Shown one piece after another: positions 1-8,739 of a stretch of 64,000 nucleotides of DNA. The position numbers and the translations under genes were made by a program. The notes under the pieces were generated by a model that worked only from the letters and a program-made list of their open reading frames with translations, had not been told where the DNA came from and did no database searches. Origin of the DNA: an uncultured bacterium (GTDB lineage Bacteria > Krumholzibacteriota > Krumholzibacteriia > LZORAL124-64-63). Within the stretch, counting starts at the first letter, position 1, and every line of letters starts with the position of its first letter. The stretch lies in the NCBI GenBank assembly GCA_963727525.1, contig CAVSGO010000007.1, positions 2,176,001 through 2,240,000 on the forward strand. Direction: 5' to 3'.

Positions 1-83
1 ACGTTAACAGATCCTCATCTTGGGGGCACGCGCGGCGTGGCTCACCGGTCCGCCGCGCGGCGTCTATCCCACAGGAGCGTCCC

Positions 84-1214
84 GTGATCCCGCAAATCCG
101 GCACTGGGCCATCGCCGCCGCATGGACCGTGGCCGTCGCCATGAGCGTGGCGTCGCCAGCCGTCGCGGCCACGGCCGGCACCGACTCCACCACCGCGGCC
201 TACTTCTACCACGGACGCGACTACGGGTCCGAGGGCCTCGTCAGTCCGCTGCGCCTCATCATCAACGGCGGCTTCGGGATCCTGAAGATGGAGAACCGCT
301 CGAACCGCCTGGGCGACATCCACTGGCAGAACGGCTGGACCAACCTCTGGTTCAATCTCAGCCATCCCATCGCCGCGATCAATGACGACGGCTGGTGGCA
401 CTTCCTCCAGACCGAGGTCGTGCCCATCAGCTTCGACAAGAACGGCGGCCAGTACTGGCCCAACTACATGAACCACCTCGTCGGCGGCGGCATGAGCTAC
501 CGCATGATGCGCGAGTGGTACCGCTGGCATGGCTTCCGCCACGACACGCTCTGGGCCCTGGCCACCATGAGCGCCTACCACCTGCTCAACGAGACGGTGG
601 AGATGGACGACAAGACGGGCTACCGAGTCGACCCCATCGCCGACATCTACATCTTCAACTGGCTGGGCTTCGTGGTCTACTCGTCCGACCGCGTTTGCCA
701 CTTCATGAGCCACACGCTGCACATGGCAGACTGGTCGTCGCTGCCGTTCTACGACCCCCGGCGCGGCACCCTCGAGAACACCGAGCAGAATTTCATGGTG
801 CGCCTGCGCCTGGGGAGCACCACGCCGTGGCACCTCTTCTATCACTGGGGCAACAGCGGCGAGATCGGGCTGTCGCGCCAACTCGGCCATGGGCATTACC
901 TGAGCGTGGGTGGCGGCTTCGAGGCGAAGACCCTGCTCAAGGTGGACCAGTTCTCCGACACCGTCGACCTCGCCGCGACGTACGGCTTGTTCTACGATCG
1001 CGAGGGCAGCCTGCTCGCCTCGCTCTTCTACACGAAGAACCGCGACAACCGCCTGCGGCTGAACCTCTACCCCGGGCTGTTCTCGGTGGCGTCGTTGCGT
1101 CCGGGTCTGTCGCTCATCCTGACGCAGGAAAGCGACGTCCTTGTGGGCCTCACCTTCGGCACCCTCCCGTTGCCGCTGGGACTGGGTACGCGGCTGGAAA
1201 AGGGCGACGGCTAG
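84..1214 (+). CDS. Secreted/outer-membrane hypothetical protein
   Basis: 376-aa ORF with GTG start, signal peptide (..SPAVAA), strong GC3 codon bias and a C-terminal half of amphipathic beta-strand-like segments. Confidence 0.75.
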   Translation: MIPQIRHWAIAAAWTVAVAMSVASPAVAATAGTDSTTAAYFYHGRDYGSEGLVSPLRLIINGGFGILKMENRSNRLGDIHWQNGWTNLWFNLSHPIAAINDDGWWHFLQTEVVPISFDKNGGQYWPNYMNHLVGGGMSYRMMREWYRWHGFRHDTLWALATMSAYHLLNETVEMDDKTGYRVDPIADIYIFNWLGFVVYSSDRVCHFMSHTLHMADWSSLPFYDPRRGTLENTEQNFMVRLRLGSTTPWHLFYHWGNSGEIGLSRQLGHGHYLSVGGGFEAKTLLKVDQFSDTVDLAATYGLFYDREGSLLASLFYTKNRDNRLRLNLYPGLFSVASLRPGLSLILTQESDVLVGLTFGTLPLPLGLGTRLEKGDG

Positions 1215-1242
1215 CGCGGCAGGGTCCGCGCGGGAAGGACGC

Positions 1243-2169
1243 GTGGTGCAACCCTGGCAGGAAGACCTGCGCCGCTGCGTGGCGTGTCCCCGCGCCTGCG
1301 GCGCCGACCGCACCCGTGACGGGCGCGGATACTGCCGCACCGGCGACGGATTCGAGATCGGCGCCATCTGCGCGCACCGGGGCGAGGAGCCCGTGCTCGG
1401 CGGTGCGCGCGGCACCGCCAACGTGTTCTTCGCGCACTGCAATCTGCAGTGCGCCTTCTGCCAGAATCACCAGATCAGCCGCAACAGTTCGGCGGACCCG
1501 GCGGTCACGCTCTCACTCGGCGCGGTGCTCGATCGGATCGCCGCCATCCTCGCCACCGGCGTGCGCCACGTGGGCTTCGTGTCGCCGTCGCACTGCGTCC
1601 CGCAGATGCGTGCGATCATCACAGGCCTGCACGCGCGGGGTTTGCGACCGGTCACCGTCATGAACACCGGTGCCTATGATACCGTGGCCACGCTGCGCGA
1701 CCTGGCCGACCTGGTCGACGTCTACCTGCCCGACCTGAAGTACCTCGACGACGACCTCGCCGCCCGGTGCAGCGACGCACGCGACTATCCGGACGTGGCG
1801 CGCAGCGCACTGCACGAAATGCACCGACAGAAGGGATCGTATCTCTTCTGCGACGACGACGGCCACGCGACGGCCGGCCTGATCGTGCGGCACCTCGTGC
1901 TGCCCGGCCATGTGGAGTACAGCAAGCGCTGCCTCGAATTCATCGCCCGCGAGCTGTCGCCGGCCGTGCACGTGTCGCTGCTGGCGCAGTACCGCCCCAC
2001 GCCCGCCGTCTCTCACGACCCCGACCTCGGCCGGCGCTTGCACGCCGACGAGTATGCCGAGGTCGTCGCCCACCTCCACGCCCTGGGATTGCGGCGCGGC
2101 TGGATGCAGGAACCGGGCAGCGCGGACCACTACAACCCCGACTTCCGCGCCAGTCATCCCTTCGCGTAG
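1243..2169 (+). CDS. Radical SAM protein, PflX-like
   Basis: N-terminal CxxCPRxC, HRGEEP, CNLQCAFCQN (CxxxCxxC), DVYLPDLKY, IVRHLVLPG; start GTG at 1243 or 1246 after GGAAGGA. Confidence 0.9.
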   Translation: MVQPWQEDLRRCVACPRACGADRTRDGRGYCRTGDGFEIGAICAHRGEEPVLGGARGTANVFFAHCNLQCAFCQNHQISRNSSADPAVTLSLGAVLDRIAAILATGVRHVGFVSPSHCVPQMRAIITGLHARGLRPVTVMNTGAYDTVATLRDLADLVDVYLPDLKYLDDDLAARCSDARDYPDVARSALHEMHRQKGSYLFCDDDGHATAGLIVRHLVLPGHVEYSKRCLEFIARELSPAVHVSLLAQYRPTPAVSHDPDLGRRLHADEYAEVVAHLHALGLRRGWMQEPGSADHYNPDFRASHPFA

Positions 2170-2401
2170 CGCGACCCGTGGCCGGCAGAATTCCCGCCTG
2201 GCTCCTCGGCGGCGTGCAGGTTGCGGTGCGCGCGACCGGACGACCTGCCCCCTGATCAAGGGTCCCAGGGCGTAAAGATTTCCCGGAGTTCCGGACACGT
2301 CCTCTCGTCGCCGCGCACGGCATGCCCGCCGCGCGCGGTCTCTCCGTTGCTCGAGGCGCGCGACCGTGGCGTCTGCTGTCTCGCAACCGGGAGTACCAAC
2401 G

Positions 2402-3058
2402 ATGAGTCATCGCATCGCCTCCGGCGTGCTGATCGCCGCCAGTATCATCTTGTCCTTCGCGTCGGCGATCGCCCGGTCCGACGGGGACGGCACCACCGAG
2501 AACGTGACCCTGGCCTGGTCGCCCTGCCCCGCCTGCGACGGCGATGGACACCCGCTCGCGCCCGCCGTGCGCTACGAGTTGCGGGCCACGCTCAACGGGG
2601 GCGACGAGAAGCTGCTGGTCACCATCGTACACGACACCACGGGTACGGTCCCCATCGCGCGCGGTGTGGTCTACCGTGTGCGGGTCGTCGGGTACGACGC
2701 CGAGGGGCGCGCCTCCGCACCGGGCGATTGGTCGGATCCCATCTATTTCCGGGTCGACGATCGCCTCGGCATCTCGCCCGAGTCGCCCCATCTGAAGCCG
2801 GCCGTGCCCAATCCATTCAATCCGACCACGGAGATCGCGTACGCCGTTCCGGTCGACGCCGGCACCGCGACCCTCGCCATCTACGACGCGCGTGGGGTCC
2901 GGCTCCGCACGCTTCCTGTCGTTCCCGCACCCGGCTGGCACGCCGCGACCTGGAACGGTTGCGACGACGCCGGCGCGCGACTGCCCAGCGGCACGTACGT
3001 GGCGTGGTTCAAGTGCGGCTCGCACGTCGCCACCACGAAGCTCACTCTGGTCAAATGA
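2402..3058 (+). CDS. Small secreted FN3-like protein with FlgD-Ig/T9SS-like C-terminal domain
   Basis: Signal peptide; FN3-like VTLAW...YRVRVVGYDAEG..S; C-terminal PNPFNPTTEIAY..IYDARG..WNG.D..G..LPSGTY..KLTLVK. Confidence 0.8.
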   Translation: MSHRIASGVLIAASIILSFASAIARSDGDGTTENVTLAWSPCPACDGDGHPLAPAVRYELRATLNGGDEKLLVTIVHDTTGTVPIARGVVYRVRVVGYDAEGRASAPGDWSDPIYFRVDDRLGISPESPHLKPAVPNPFNPTTEIAYAVPVDAGTATLAIYDARGVRLRTLPVVPAPGWHAATWNGCDDAGARLPSGTYVAWFKCGSHVATTKLTLVK

Positions 3059-3070
3059 TCGAGGTCGTCA

Positions 3071-3099
3071 TTGCCAAAATGTCGGGACGGCGATAGCGT
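3071..3099 (+). promoter_or_regulatory. Putative sigma70 promoter
   Basis: TTGCCA-N17-TAGCGT upstream of the GGAGGAGG RBS of ORF 3139. Confidence 0.4.
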
Positions 3100-3138
3100 A
3101 CGCGGGTTCGATCGACTCTGAACCCGAGGAGGAGGACC

Positions 3139-3882
3139 ATGAGGAGTGTCTCGGCATTCGCCCTTTTGCTGCTTCTGCTCGTTTCCACCGCCTCGCTCCA
3201 TGCCGATGGCGGCGGCCCCGACAGCGCGGTCGCGCGCAACGAGTCGCTCGCCCTCAAGACCAGCGTGAAGGACGCACTCGACGCGCTCGGCGCGCCGCCG
3301 GCCGGCTACACGAAGTCCGACGAGAACTATGACCTGCCGACATCGATGAGCGTCGACGCCAAGACAGGCAATATCTGGCTCAGCCCGACCAGCGCGACGT
3401 TCACGTTCCGCAACGGCATGAGTGGCGAGCAGCTTAGCCAGGAATACCAGAAGAAGATGATGGACGCCCAGTCCAAAGGCGACTATGCCGAGGTGCAGCG
3501 GCTCTCGCTCGAGATGCAGAAGAACCTGGGCGCGGTGATGGGTGCCGAGATGTCGAAGATCGAGGTCACGATCGCGCTCAATCGCGACCCGTATCAGACC
3601 ATCGATCCCGAGGGTGTGCTCTGGGAGGCGCCCGGCGCGATCGCCATCCGCACCGGCGAGGATGGCGCCAACACGAAGCTGATGCTCGCCTTCGATCCCA
3701 AGGGTCTGGCCGATACGCAGAAGGTCTCGATCATCCAGCTCGGCGATTCGATCCAGGCCCCGACGAGATCCAAGGCGGCAGTAAGGACGATCATCGTCGA
3801 GCTCACCGGCCCCGAGGCGCAGGTGACCGAGTGGGCAGGCCATGTCGACAAGGGCAAGATGCTCGCGCTGATCCACGACTGA
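3139..3882 (+). CDS. Secreted hypothetical protein
   Basis: 247 aa, strong RBS GGAGGAGG, signal peptide ending SLHA, coding-like composition. Confidence 0.8.
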   Translation: MRSVSAFALLLLLLVSTASLHADGGGPDSAVARNESLALKTSVKDALDALGAPPAGYTKSDENYDLPTSMSVDAKTGNIWLSPTSATFTFRNGMSGEQLSQEYQKKMMDAQSKGDYAEVQRLSLEMQKNLGAVMGAEMSKIEVTIALNRDPYQTIDPEGVLWEAPGAIAIRTGEDGANTKLMLAFDPKGLADTQKVSIIQLGDSIQAPTRSKAAVRTIIVELTGPEAQVTEWAGHVDKGKMLALIHD

Positions 3883-3907
3883 TCCCGCCGCCATGGCTCT
3901 TCCTCCC

Positions 3908-3937
3908 GGCGGCGATCGGTGAGCACCGGTCGCCGCC
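3908..3937 (+). terminator. GC-rich hairpin downstream of ORF 3139 (no U-tract)
   Basis: GGCGGCGATCGGT-gagc-ACCGGTCGCCGCC, 13-bp stem with one G-U pair. Confidence 0.45.
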
Positions 3938-3960
3938 CGCGCGTCCGACCGCGATTCCCG

Positions 3961-3989
3961 TTGACCGATCACCTCATGGTCGATAATAT
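3961..3989 (+). promoter_or_regulatory. Putative sigma70 promoter of the HMGCS operon
   Basis: TTGACC-N17-TAATAT about 50 nt before the ATG; RBS AAGGAGG. Confidence 0.55.
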
Positions 3990-4039
3990 CCTATCATTCC
4001 CGTCAGTCTCGCTCTCACCCGCACCGAAGGAGGAAACCC

Positions 4040-5098
4040 ATGGCCGTCGGAATCGTCGGCTACGGTGCGCACTTGCCCCGACGCCGCATCAAGGTCGAGG
4101 AGATCGCCAAGGTCTGGGGCGCCGACGCGCCGAGCTACAAGAAGGGGCTCGAGCTGAAACAGAAGTCGGTGCCCGCGCTCGACGAGGACACGATCACACT
4201 CTCCGTCGAGGCCACCCGCAACGCTATCTTGCGCGCCGGGATCGATCCGGCCGAGGTGGGCGCGCTGTACATCGGCAGCGAATCGCATCCCTACGCCGTC
4301 AAGCCCTCGGGCACCGTGGTGGCCGAGGCGATCGGCGCCACGCCTGCTTGCCACACCGCGGATTTCGAGTTCGCCTGCAAGGCCGGCAGTGAGGCCATGT
4401 TCGTCGTCTACGGCCTGGTGAAGGCCGGGCTGGTGAAGTACGGCATCGGCATCGGGGCCGACACGTCGCAGGGCGCCCCCGGCGACGCGCTCGAGTACTC
4501 GGCCGCGGCTGGCGCCGCCGCGTTCATCATGGGCGCCGATCCGGACCGCATACTGGCGACCGTCGACGAGACCTACGCCTTCATGACCGACACGCCCGAC
4601 TTCTGGCGACGCGAGCACCAGTTCTATCCCTCGCACGGCGGCCGCTTCACGGGCGAACCCGCGTACTTCCGCACCGTGAAGGGCGCGGTCGACGGCATCC
4701 TCGAGAAGTCGGGGATGAAGCCGCAGGACTTTCGCTGGTGCGTCTTCCATCAGCCCAACGGCAAGTTCCCCAAGCGCGCAGCGCTGAAGGCCGGGTTCAC
4801 GCCCGAGCAATTCGAGGTGGGCCGCGTGGTGCCCCTGCTGGGCAACACCTACTCCGGCGCCTCGCCCATCGGACTGACGGCGATCCTCGACGTCGCGAAG
4901 CCGGGCGACCGCATCCTCATGTGCTCCTACGGTTCAGGCGCGGGCAGCGACGCGTTCGTCTTCACGGTGCAGGACCGGATCACGCAGGTCCAGGACCTCG
5001 CGCCGCAGACCAAGTGGCTGCTCGAGGAGAACACCATCCAGGTCGAGTACGGCGAGTACGCCAAGCTCCGGCGCAAGATCCGCCTCGCGGGCGAGTAG
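4040..5098 (+). CDS. Hydroxymethylglutaryl-CoA synthase, archaeal type
   Basis: GIVGYGAHLP start, GSESHPYAVKP, FACKAG (catalytic Cys), DTPDFWRR, FHQPNGKFP, GNTYSG, SYGSGAGSD. Confidence 0.93.
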   Translation: MAVGIVGYGAHLPRRRIKVEEIAKVWGADAPSYKKGLELKQKSVPALDEDTITLSVEATRNAILRAGIDPAEVGALYIGSESHPYAVKPSGTVVAEAIGATPACHTADFEFACKAGSEAMFVVYGLVKAGLVKYGIGIGADTSQGAPGDALEYSAAAGAAAFIMGADPDRILATVDETYAFMTDTPDFWRREHQFYPSHGGRFTGEPAYFRTVKGAVDGILEKSGMKPQDFRWCVFHQPNGKFPKRAALKAGFTPEQFEVGRVVPLLGNTYSGASPIGLTAILDVAKPGDRILMCSYGSGAGSDAFVFTVQDRITQVQDLAPQTKWLLEENTIQVEYGEYAKLRRKIRLAGE

Positions 5099-5107
5099 GA
5101 GGAGACC

Positions 5108-6262
5108 ATGAGAGACGTAGCCGTGATCGGCGTCGGCATGCAGAAATGGGGCGAGTTGTGGACGCAGTCGCTGCGCGACATCTTCGTCGAGTCCGCCCTG
5201 ATGGCGATGGACGACGCCGGTGTCGACAAGCTGCAGGCCATGTACGTCGGCAGCATGAGCCCTGGCCTGTTCGCCGCGCAGGAGCACATCGGATCCCTGC
5301 TGGCCGACTACCTCGGGCAAGCGCCCATTCCGGCCACGCGCGTGGAATCCGCGTGCGCGTCGGGTGGCCTCGCCTTCCGGCAGGCCTACCTCGACGTCGC
5401 CAGCGGACTGCACGACGTGGTGCTGGCCGGCGGCGTGGAGAAGATGACCGACATCTCGGGCGGCGAGGCCACCTTCGCGCTGGCCACCGCCGCGGACATG
5501 GAATGGGAAGGCACCTGCGGCGTGACGTTCCCCGGGCTGTACGCGATGATGGCCGTCGCGCATATGCACCGGTACGGCACCACGCGCGAGCAGATCGCGC
5601 AGGTCGCCGTGAAGAATCACGAGAACGGTGCCCTGAACCCGCGCGCCCAGTTCCCCATGAAGGTGACGCGCGAGCAGGTGCTGAACTCGGTGAAGGTGGC
5701 CGATCCGCTGAACATCCTCGACTGCTCCCCCATCACCGATGGGGCCGCGGCCGTGATCCTGGTGCCGGCGGACATGGTGAAGTCGTTCAAGAAGCCCGGC
5801 GTGAAGGTGTGCGGGACCGGCCACGCGACCGACACCATCGCGCTGCACGACCGCGACGACCTCACGACGCTGAAGGCCGTGCGTCTGGCCGGCGAGCAGG
5901 CCTACAAGATGGCCGGCAAGACGCCCGCCGACATCCAGCTCTGCGAGGTGCACGACTGCTTCACGATCGCCGAGATCATGGTGACCGAGGCCCTCGGCTT
6001 CTGCGAGGTGGGCCAGGGCGGCAAGGCCACCGAGAAGGGCGAAACCGCATTGTCCGGCCGCATCCCGATCAACACCAGCGGCGGCCTCAAAGCGAAGGGC
6101 CATCCGGTGGGCGCCACCGGCATCGCCCAGGTCATCGAGGTTGCCGAGCAATTGCGCGGCGAGTCGGGAGCGCGGCAGGTCAAGGGCGCGCGCGTCGGCA
6201 TGACGCAGAACATGGGCGGCAGCGGCGGCAGCTCTGTCGTGCACATCCTGGAGGTGATGTGA
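5108..6262 (+). CDS. Acetyl-CoA acetyltransferase (thiolase), archaeal/SCP2-like type
   Basis: [51 protein letters not shown]. Confidence 0.93.
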   Translation: MRDVAVIGVGMQKWGELWTQSLRDIFVESALMAMDDAGVDKLQAMYVGSMSPGLFAAQEHIGSLLADYLGQAPIPATRVESACASGGLAFRQAYLDVASGLHDVVLAGGVEKMTDISGGEATFALATAADMEWEGTCGVTFPGLYAMMAVAHMHRYGTTREQIAQVAVKNHENGALNPRAQFPMKVTREQVLNSVKVADPLNILDCSPITDGAAAVILVPADMVKSFKKPGVKVCGTGHATDTIALHDRDDLTTLKAVRLAGEQAYKMAGKTPADIQLCEVHDCFTIAEIMVTEALGFCEVGQGGKATEKGETALSGRIPINTSGGLKAKGHPVGATGIAQVIEVAEQLRGESGARQVKGARVGMTQNMGGSGGSSVVHILEVM

Positions 6263-6657
6263 TGCCTTCGGCAAGAAGCTGGCGAGCCTATCCGCAGACC
6301 TACCGACTCGAAGCCGCCCGCTGTACGCAGTGCGGCAAGACGTTCTTCCCGCCCCGGCTGGTATGCAACAAGTGCGGTTGCCGTGAGTTCGAGAGCTTCG
6401 CCATGCAACGCGCGGGCACGGTCGTCACCCACACGGTGATCCGCACCCCGGGCGATCAGTACCAGGGCGAGGCCCCCTTCGCGGTAGGCATCATCCAGAT
6501 CGACGGCGGGCCGCGCATCACGACCCAGATCGTCGACGTCGCTCTCGACGAGATCGCGATCGGCATGAAGGTGAAGCTGGAGTTCCGCCGGTTCTACGCC
6601 GAGGGACATTCCGGCATCATCGAGTACGGGCACAAGGCGGTGCCGGTGCGGGACTAG
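6262..6657 (+). CDS. DUF35 Zn-ribbon/OB-fold protein
   Basis: TGATG overlap with the thiolase stop; CTQCG..FFPPRLVCNKCG followed by an OB fold (GTVVTHTVI..IGMKVKLEFRR..YG); it is the C-terminal part of track ORF 4738..6657. Confidence 0.92.
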   Translation: MPSARSWRAYPQTYRLEAARCTQCGKTFFPPRLVCNKCGCREFESFAMQRAGTVVTHTVIRTPGDQYQGEAPFAVGIIQIDGGPRITTQIVDVALDEIAIGMKVKLEFRRFYAEGHSGIIEYGHKAVPVRD

Positions 6658-6718
6658 TGTCACGATTCCCGGCTGGAAAGAGTAGGAGCGGCGAGCCTGC
6701 GGGCTCCGCGGTCATGAA

Positions 6719-6747
6719 GACGGGTCCAGGCACGAGCTGGACCCGTC
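6719..6747. terminator. Hairpin between convergent genes
   Basis: GACGGGTCCAG-N7-CTGGACCCGTC, perfect 11-bp stem. Confidence 0.55.
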
Positions 6748-6796
6748 GACGTTCGTCTTGGCACGGTAGAAAATCGACGCCCCGACCATACACTCG

Positions 6797-7543
6797 TTAG
6801 CGATACAGCGACTTGATCTCCCCCCAGGTGCGGTCTTCGGTTGCCACGACTCCGTGCTTCACTGACGGCACACACAGGCACTCGTGGTTCTGGATCGTGA
6901 ACTCCCAGGTTCCGAATTGATCGAACGCGGTGACGAGTATTCCATACGTCATGATCGGGTCCAGTTCGTAGCACGCGAGGTGCGCTTCGGGATCGATGAT
7001 CGGATACACGACACCGTCGACCTGCTTCTCCGCCGGGTTCAAGAAGTAGAGCGGACGCAAGGCGACCACGTCGACCGCGCCGAACTGATCGACGAGGTGG
7101 ACGGGCACGGCTACGTCCGGTCCGGTGGCATCGTAGGCGAGATAATGATTGTACGGCAACGGCGGTCCCGGTTCGTACTTGCGCGCGGGCGCTACGAGAT
7201 AGCGCAGATCGCCGATCTGCCAGCCCTGCTCACCGAACTGGTTGCCCAGTTCGACAAACCAGCCCACGGTGGGAATATCGAGACGCCACCAGGTCTGGTG
7301 CAGCAGCGGCTCGATGATCGGTTCACCGTTCTTCTCCACCGGTGTCGCGAACCGGTCGAGCGTGATAGCACTGATCTGGTAGATGCCGAACTGGTCGGCG
7401 AGCACGAGGCTGCCGGCAAACGTCGCCGGCGGTTGCAACGTGTAGACCTTGTAGTGATTCTCTGCTGGCCACTGCGCGCCGGCCGTGGTGGCGATCAGCA
7501 CCAGGCTGGCGAACAGCGCGACGAATGAGAGCGATCGCTTCAT
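6797..7543 (-). CDS. Secreted protein with four ~50-aa (D/N)QFG repeats and a C-terminal TWGxxKSLY motif
   Basis: RBS GAGGT, signal peptide MKRSLSFVALF..AGA; four repeats H....(D/N)QFG....PxxK; ends VATEDRTWGEIKSLYR. Confidence 0.85.
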   Translation of the reverse strand: MKRSLSFVALFASLVLIATTAGAQWPAENHYKVYTLQPPATFAGSLVLADQFGIYQISAITLDRFATPVEKNGEPIIEPLLHQTWWRLDIPTVGWFVELGNQFGEQGWQIGDLRYLVAPARKYEPGPPLPYNHYLAYDATGPDVAVPVHLVDQFGAVDVVALRPLYFLNPAEKQVDGVVYPIIDPEAHLACYELDPIMTYGILVTAFDQFGTWEFTIQNHECLCVPSVKHGVVATEDRTWGEIKSLYR

Positions 7544-7650
7544 GATATACCTCACAAGTTCTGGCGTGCGCGGCCGGGGCGCCGACACAAGGACCAGGAG
7601 CGATACTTCGCGAGGTGATGTCCCACGATGCGATGTCACGAGGACACGGG

Positions 7651-7680
7651 AGTCTAGCCGCAAGTGCCGGCTACCGTCAA
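7651..7680 (-). promoter_or_regulatory. Putative sigma70 promoter with a dyad in the spacer
   Basis: Minus strand TTGACG-N18-TAGACT; TAGCCG-N7-CGGCTA dyad at 7655-7673. Confidence 0.4.
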
Positions 7681-7760
7681 TCCGGCGCCTGCGTAAGCAT
7701 GTTGAAGATCCCGCGTAGACAACACCAAGGCAGCCACGGACCGGAACCGCTGCAACGGGG

Positions 7761-8504
7761 CTAGACCTCGTGTACCAGGGCGGGATCGAAGCCGATGGTG
7801 GTCTGATCGGGATAGCCGTGTGGATTGCAGATCACGCGGGTGTCGCCGAGCCGGTAGTCGTGCGCCTGATGGATATGGCCGTGGACCCAGAGCGCGGCGC
7901 CGCTGCTGGTCACGAGCGTCTCGAGATTGGAGGCGTAGGCCGGCGCGTAGGGAAGATCGTCGGGCCGCGGGGAAAACGAGCGCAGGCTCGGCGCGTGATG
8001 GGTGACCACAATCGTCGGCCGCGACGATGCCGCCAGCTCGCGTTCGAGCCACGCGCGAGCGGCACGGTGCCAGCGCAACGTATCCGCGGGAGTCGCGACG
8101 CGCTGACGCGGCCCCACGTGGATCTCGTGGTAGTCCCACATCGTATCGGCCGCCAGGCCCATGGCCGCGCGCCGCGGACCGCTCGCCGCGAAATCCGTCC
8201 ACAAGGTGCAGCCGAGGATGCGCACGCCGTCCACGTCGAGGGCATCGCGATCGAGGACGTGGACGTTCGTGCCCCGCGCGGCGCGACGCAGCGCGTGCAG
8301 ATGCGCGGGGTATGCCTGCCCGTAATATTCGTGGTTGCCCGGCACGTACACGACCAGCTTGCCGGCATACGCGCGCGCGGCCCAGGCCACGCCGTCGCAC
8401 CCCGGCTGCGTGTCGCCCGCGAGCACGACGACGTCGGCCGCGACGGCGGGCGGATCATACCCGGCGAACTCGAGATGCACGTCGCTCAGGATGTGCAGAT
8501 GCAT
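7761..8504 (-). CDS. Calcineurin-like metallophosphoesterase
   Basis: SDVHLE, LAGD, PGNHE, VTHHAP, VHGHIH motifs. Confidence 0.92.
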   Translation of the reverse strand: MHLHILSDVHLEFAGYDPPAVAADVVVLAGDTQPGCDGVAWAARAYAGKLVVYVPGNHEYYGQAYPAHLHALRRAARGTNVHVLDRDALDVDGVRILGCTLWTDFAASGPRRAAMGLAADTMWDYHEIHVGPRQRVATPADTLRWHRAARAWLERELAASSRPTIVVTHHAPSLRSFSPRPDDLPYAPAYASNLETLVTSSGAALWVHGHIHQAHDYRLGDTRVICNPHGYPDQTTIGFDPALVHEV

Positions 8505-8739
8505 GCAGGCTCCGTCCAAGACGATGGTGTACAAGGCGCTTGCGGACCGTATGGCGAAGTTCCCGGCGGTACAAGCGCGGAACAACGATTCGCAAGAATC
8601 AAATTGGGCGCGAAAATCGCCGGTTCCGCCGCGCAATTCACTGGAACCGAGCCCGGCGTCGTCCTACGGTGGCAGTGCGAAACAGGCGTCGGGCACACAC
8701 CGTGCCCGGCGTCGTCGCGTTCCTCACGGGAGGCATATC

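Noticed and set aside
3095-3127. CGGGTTCGATC resembling a tRNA T-arm or attachment site
   Set aside because: No cloverleaf can be built; it is one arm of a short CGGGTTC/GAACCCG hairpin in the 5'-UTR of ORF 3139
4738-6261. N-terminal 508 codons of the 639-aa ORF as a large fusion protein
   Set aside because: Overlaps HMGCS and thiolase in another frame; only the DUF35 part from ATG 6262 is protein-like
4040-6657. Reading the trio as PhlABC (diacetylphloroglucinol acyltransferase)
   Set aside because: The synthase keeps the catalytic Glu/Cys/His motifs of archaeal HMGCS and there is no phlD-type polyketide synthase nearby
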